This document shows, in pieces, positions 61,031 to 64,000 of a stretch of 64,000 nucleotides of DNA. The notes below the pieces were generated by a model that worked only from the letters and a program-made list of their open reading frames with translations, ran no database searches and was not told the origin of the DNA. Made by a program: the position numbers and the translations under genes. Numbering within the stretch: the stretch's first letter is position 1; each line of letters starts with the position of its first letter. The stretch comes from Octopus sinensis (Eukaryota), in contig NC_042998.1 of the NCBI RefSeq assembly GCF_006345805.1, forward strand, positions 201,686,001-201,750,000. Reading direction: 5' to 3'.

Positions 61031-62037
61031 GGGGGGAAAATTGTCCATTGAAGTTAAGATTTAATAAAGTAATCTTATTAGCTCTTTTCTGTCGATATGT
61101 GTGTAAGGAAAAAGAAAAATACACAGGTTGGTTCATTGCAAGAATTATCTGTTTTTATAGAATCTGAAACTAATAAAATTTAAGAAGTCTAAAATGCAAT
61201 ATGGACATAATATTGAGACGGTAAGAAACCAAATAAAGTTAACGAAGTATCTTGTTGAATTTAAATTAGTAAGACGTGCACTATAAAACTACAGCCCGCT
61301 AGTTGGAAAGGAAGCAATGTCCCTGAATAAACGAAGTGTAGTAAATAAAAACAAAATTAGAATGGTGTAAGTGTAGGCAATTGTAATCGACAGAAGAAGG
61401 ATGTGATGCAAATCCCTGTGGAAGAGACTGTTTTTCGGCGTAGTCAGGTAAGAAAGAAACTGAGTGCATTTTAATAATTAGGTAGTATCCAGAGTAGTCT
61501 ACATCAGCGTCAAAGGTAAATAAGCAAGTATTAAGTGAAGAAACGAAAACAAAATAGAAAATGGCTTCGAACAAAATCCCAATTATGTTTTGAGAAAGAA
61601 ACGTGGAAGAATTCATGTTTTTTTTTCGGAGAGTTGCGTCGTAAATAACAGGAGAGAAGAAATCGAAAACGATGGTTAAGTGGAATAATTCTTCTAGATT
61701 GCAGCAAAGACTGCATGATAAATAGAACAGAACAGACAAAGCAAGTTTTGTAGTTTTATGTTTAGCAAACAAAAAATTCTAAGCAAAGTAAGTGTTACAT
61801 GGAAAGTTTTCTGAAATTGCAATTCCGTATTATATGTATGTCCTTGTGTCTAAGTGTTACGTGTGTGGAAGTCTGCGTGTATGTGTGTGTGTTTGTGTGC
61901 GTGTGTGTTTTTGTTTGTGCGGGTGTTTATGTGTGCGTATACGCTGTTGAGTAGGCGAGTAAGCGCATGACTGCGTTGAAGGGAATTGTGATTGAAACAG
62001 TATACTACTGTGTTGATAGATCGAACACAGCTTATCA

Positions 62038-62269
62038 TTTTGTTTATTACCTACAAGGGGCTAAACATAGAGGGGACAAACAAGGACAGACATAGGTATT
62101 AAGTCGACTACATCGACCCCAGTGCGTAACTGGTACTTAATTTATCGACGCCGAAAGGATGAAAGGCAAAGTCGACCTCGGCGGAATTTGAACTCAGAAC
62201 GTAACGGCAGACGAAATACCGCTAAGCATTTCGCCCGGCGTGCTAACGATTCTGCCAGCTGGCCGACCT
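62038..62269 (-). mobile_element. Family E1 SINE with 14-bp TSD
   Basis: TSD AACACAGCTTATCA at 62024-62037 and 62270-62283. Confidence 0.9.
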
Positions 62270-63311
62270 AACACAGCTTATCAACCTACGTGTATACTAA
62301 AGAAGCATAAAGTTTGAGGTGGATTCAGTAAAAGAATTTCAGTGTGTCGACTGTATGAGTTTGATTAGGAGGTGTATAAGATTCTGTGCGCTCGTTTATT
62401 GTTGTTTGTTCTTAAGACATAGACCACTTTGTTCAGAATCTGAAGCGCGTAGAATGGAGTATATTGAAAATCAATTTTTCTTGGCAATGCAGTCAAGAGT
62501 TCTAGTAAAAAAGATCGAAATCGATGTAGGTGGGGCCAAAAGAACTGTAATTGTGAGATTGGAGAATAAGTAATGTGGAGTTGTTGCGTGAGACATCTCT
62601 TTTTATTCGCCCAAAATGATCAGTTAATCATCGATCAGCGAGACGGATACACAACAGGTAATACAATGATATTCTTTTTCAATTGATGCTGTTTGGTGAG
62701 ACGGAGTGAAGATACAGATAGCCTTTGACATGGGGAGATGAGCTGGATTCATATAGCAATGGGAAGGACGAAATGACAGGTATATATTTATATATCTGTT
62801 ATTAAGCATTTAAAAATTAAAATTAAAAATTGAAAATAAAAAAATATTGAAAAGTCAAATAAGGTTGTTAGAAATTATCTAAGGGTTTTTTGTTATATAT
62901 TGATTAGATTCCATTTAGATTTGTGGTAAAATTTTTATTTTTACCTTTATATTTTTACTTTTATTTTCTTATTTCCCTTTATACATCCTCTATCCATCCT
63001 TTCTCAAAATAACTACTTATATTGAACGCTACTATTCCCCTCGAGTTAACTCTTTCATATCGTCTCTGAGGAAGGAATTTTCCACACATCCCAGAACCAG
63101 CTGTAAGACTATCTTTCTCTTTATAAATGTCCAATAAATTCCAGACAACATTGGTTTTCTTGTCATAATTTAGTGACCATATAGATGCTCACACAAGACC
63201 CGCATTAGACTTCTCACTCATATTATTGTCGAACCGAGAGTCTAAACACGGCCCTTCCATCGCATTTACATAGCCTTATCTGCCATCTTAGGTCTTCTAG
63301 ATGCAAACACC

Positions 63312-63350
<39 letters not shown>

Positions 63351-63360
63351 TACATATATA

Positions 63361-63525
63361 TTTCTTTACAACCCACAAAGGGCTAAACACAGAGGGGACA
63401 AACAAGGATAGAGAAACAGATTAAGTCGACTACTTCGATCCCAGTGCGTAACTGGTACTTAATTTATCGACCCCGAAATGACGAAAGGCAAAGTTAACCT
63501 CGGCGGAATTTGAAATCAAAACGTA
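63361..63525 (-). mobile_element. 5'-truncated family E1 SINE
   Basis: Tail and central domain match the 62038 copy. Confidence 0.8.
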
Positions 63526-64000
63526 ATGCACTTAACTTGTCTCTTCCTCTCTCTCTCATTCTTCATTCTCTCTCTCCCTTTCACCATTCTTCATGGTCTC
63601 CTCGCACCATTCCCCTTCTTCTCTCTCTTCCTCTTGCTTCCTCCTCCCCCATTCCCGTCATCCATCTGCGACGATACTTCCGTCGTAACTGCTATCCTGT
63701 CTTTTCTCGCCCGCCTTGTAAGGCTTCTGGTCGACAAATTTTCCTCTCTCGTCTTCCACGATAATCCAGCGTTTGCAATACTTTTTTCGTCTGGCGTTAA
63801 CAGCCCTTCTTATCTTGTTCTCCTTGTCCTGTCTCTCACTGTTATATATTTATTTTTCCACTGTTTATATATATTTTTTACTGTTTATATGTTTGTACTG
63901 TCGTTACCGTCTTGCTTTTTTTTACCCCTCTGCGAAAAGATCTCAGAATTTTAATTGATTTGCTTTTCGCGGAAGGAATTTTTCTTCGAAGTATACGTCT

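Overview
AT-rich, microsatellite-dense eukaryotic DNA with one 100-N scaffold gap (38039-38138). The repeat landscape suggests an octopod cephalopod, most likely Octopus; this is an inference from the SINE families, not a database match. No host protein-coding gene could be supported, so the window is intronic or intergenic, and almost all track ORFs come from microsatellites, SINEs or antisense LINE sequence. Contents: four tRNA-derived SINE head families (my labels A, C, D, E) with interchangeable 3' tails; fragments of RTE, CR1, R4/Dong and Tx1/L1 non-LTR elements (the Tx1 copy is the best preserved, about 2.9 kb, with four frameshifts); an ORF1/gag-like family present as several fragments; a mariner remnant; a Helentron/DINE-like element; and a Gypsy LTR+gag remnant. 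There is also a 2.1-2.4 kb tandem duplication produced by recombination between two SINEs. The most notable signal is a set of type-I hammerhead ribozyme (HHR) motifs in small Penelope-like/retrozyme-like elements, most of them beside (TA)n. One has a fully intact core (29805-29892), one lies in a long rod-like stem (25388-25521), and there are two multi-copy mini-element families. Several long foldback palindromes have their symmetry axis on or next to the ribozyme, suggesting ribozyme-linked inversion during reverse transcription. All calls are by eye; no searches or folding computations were run.
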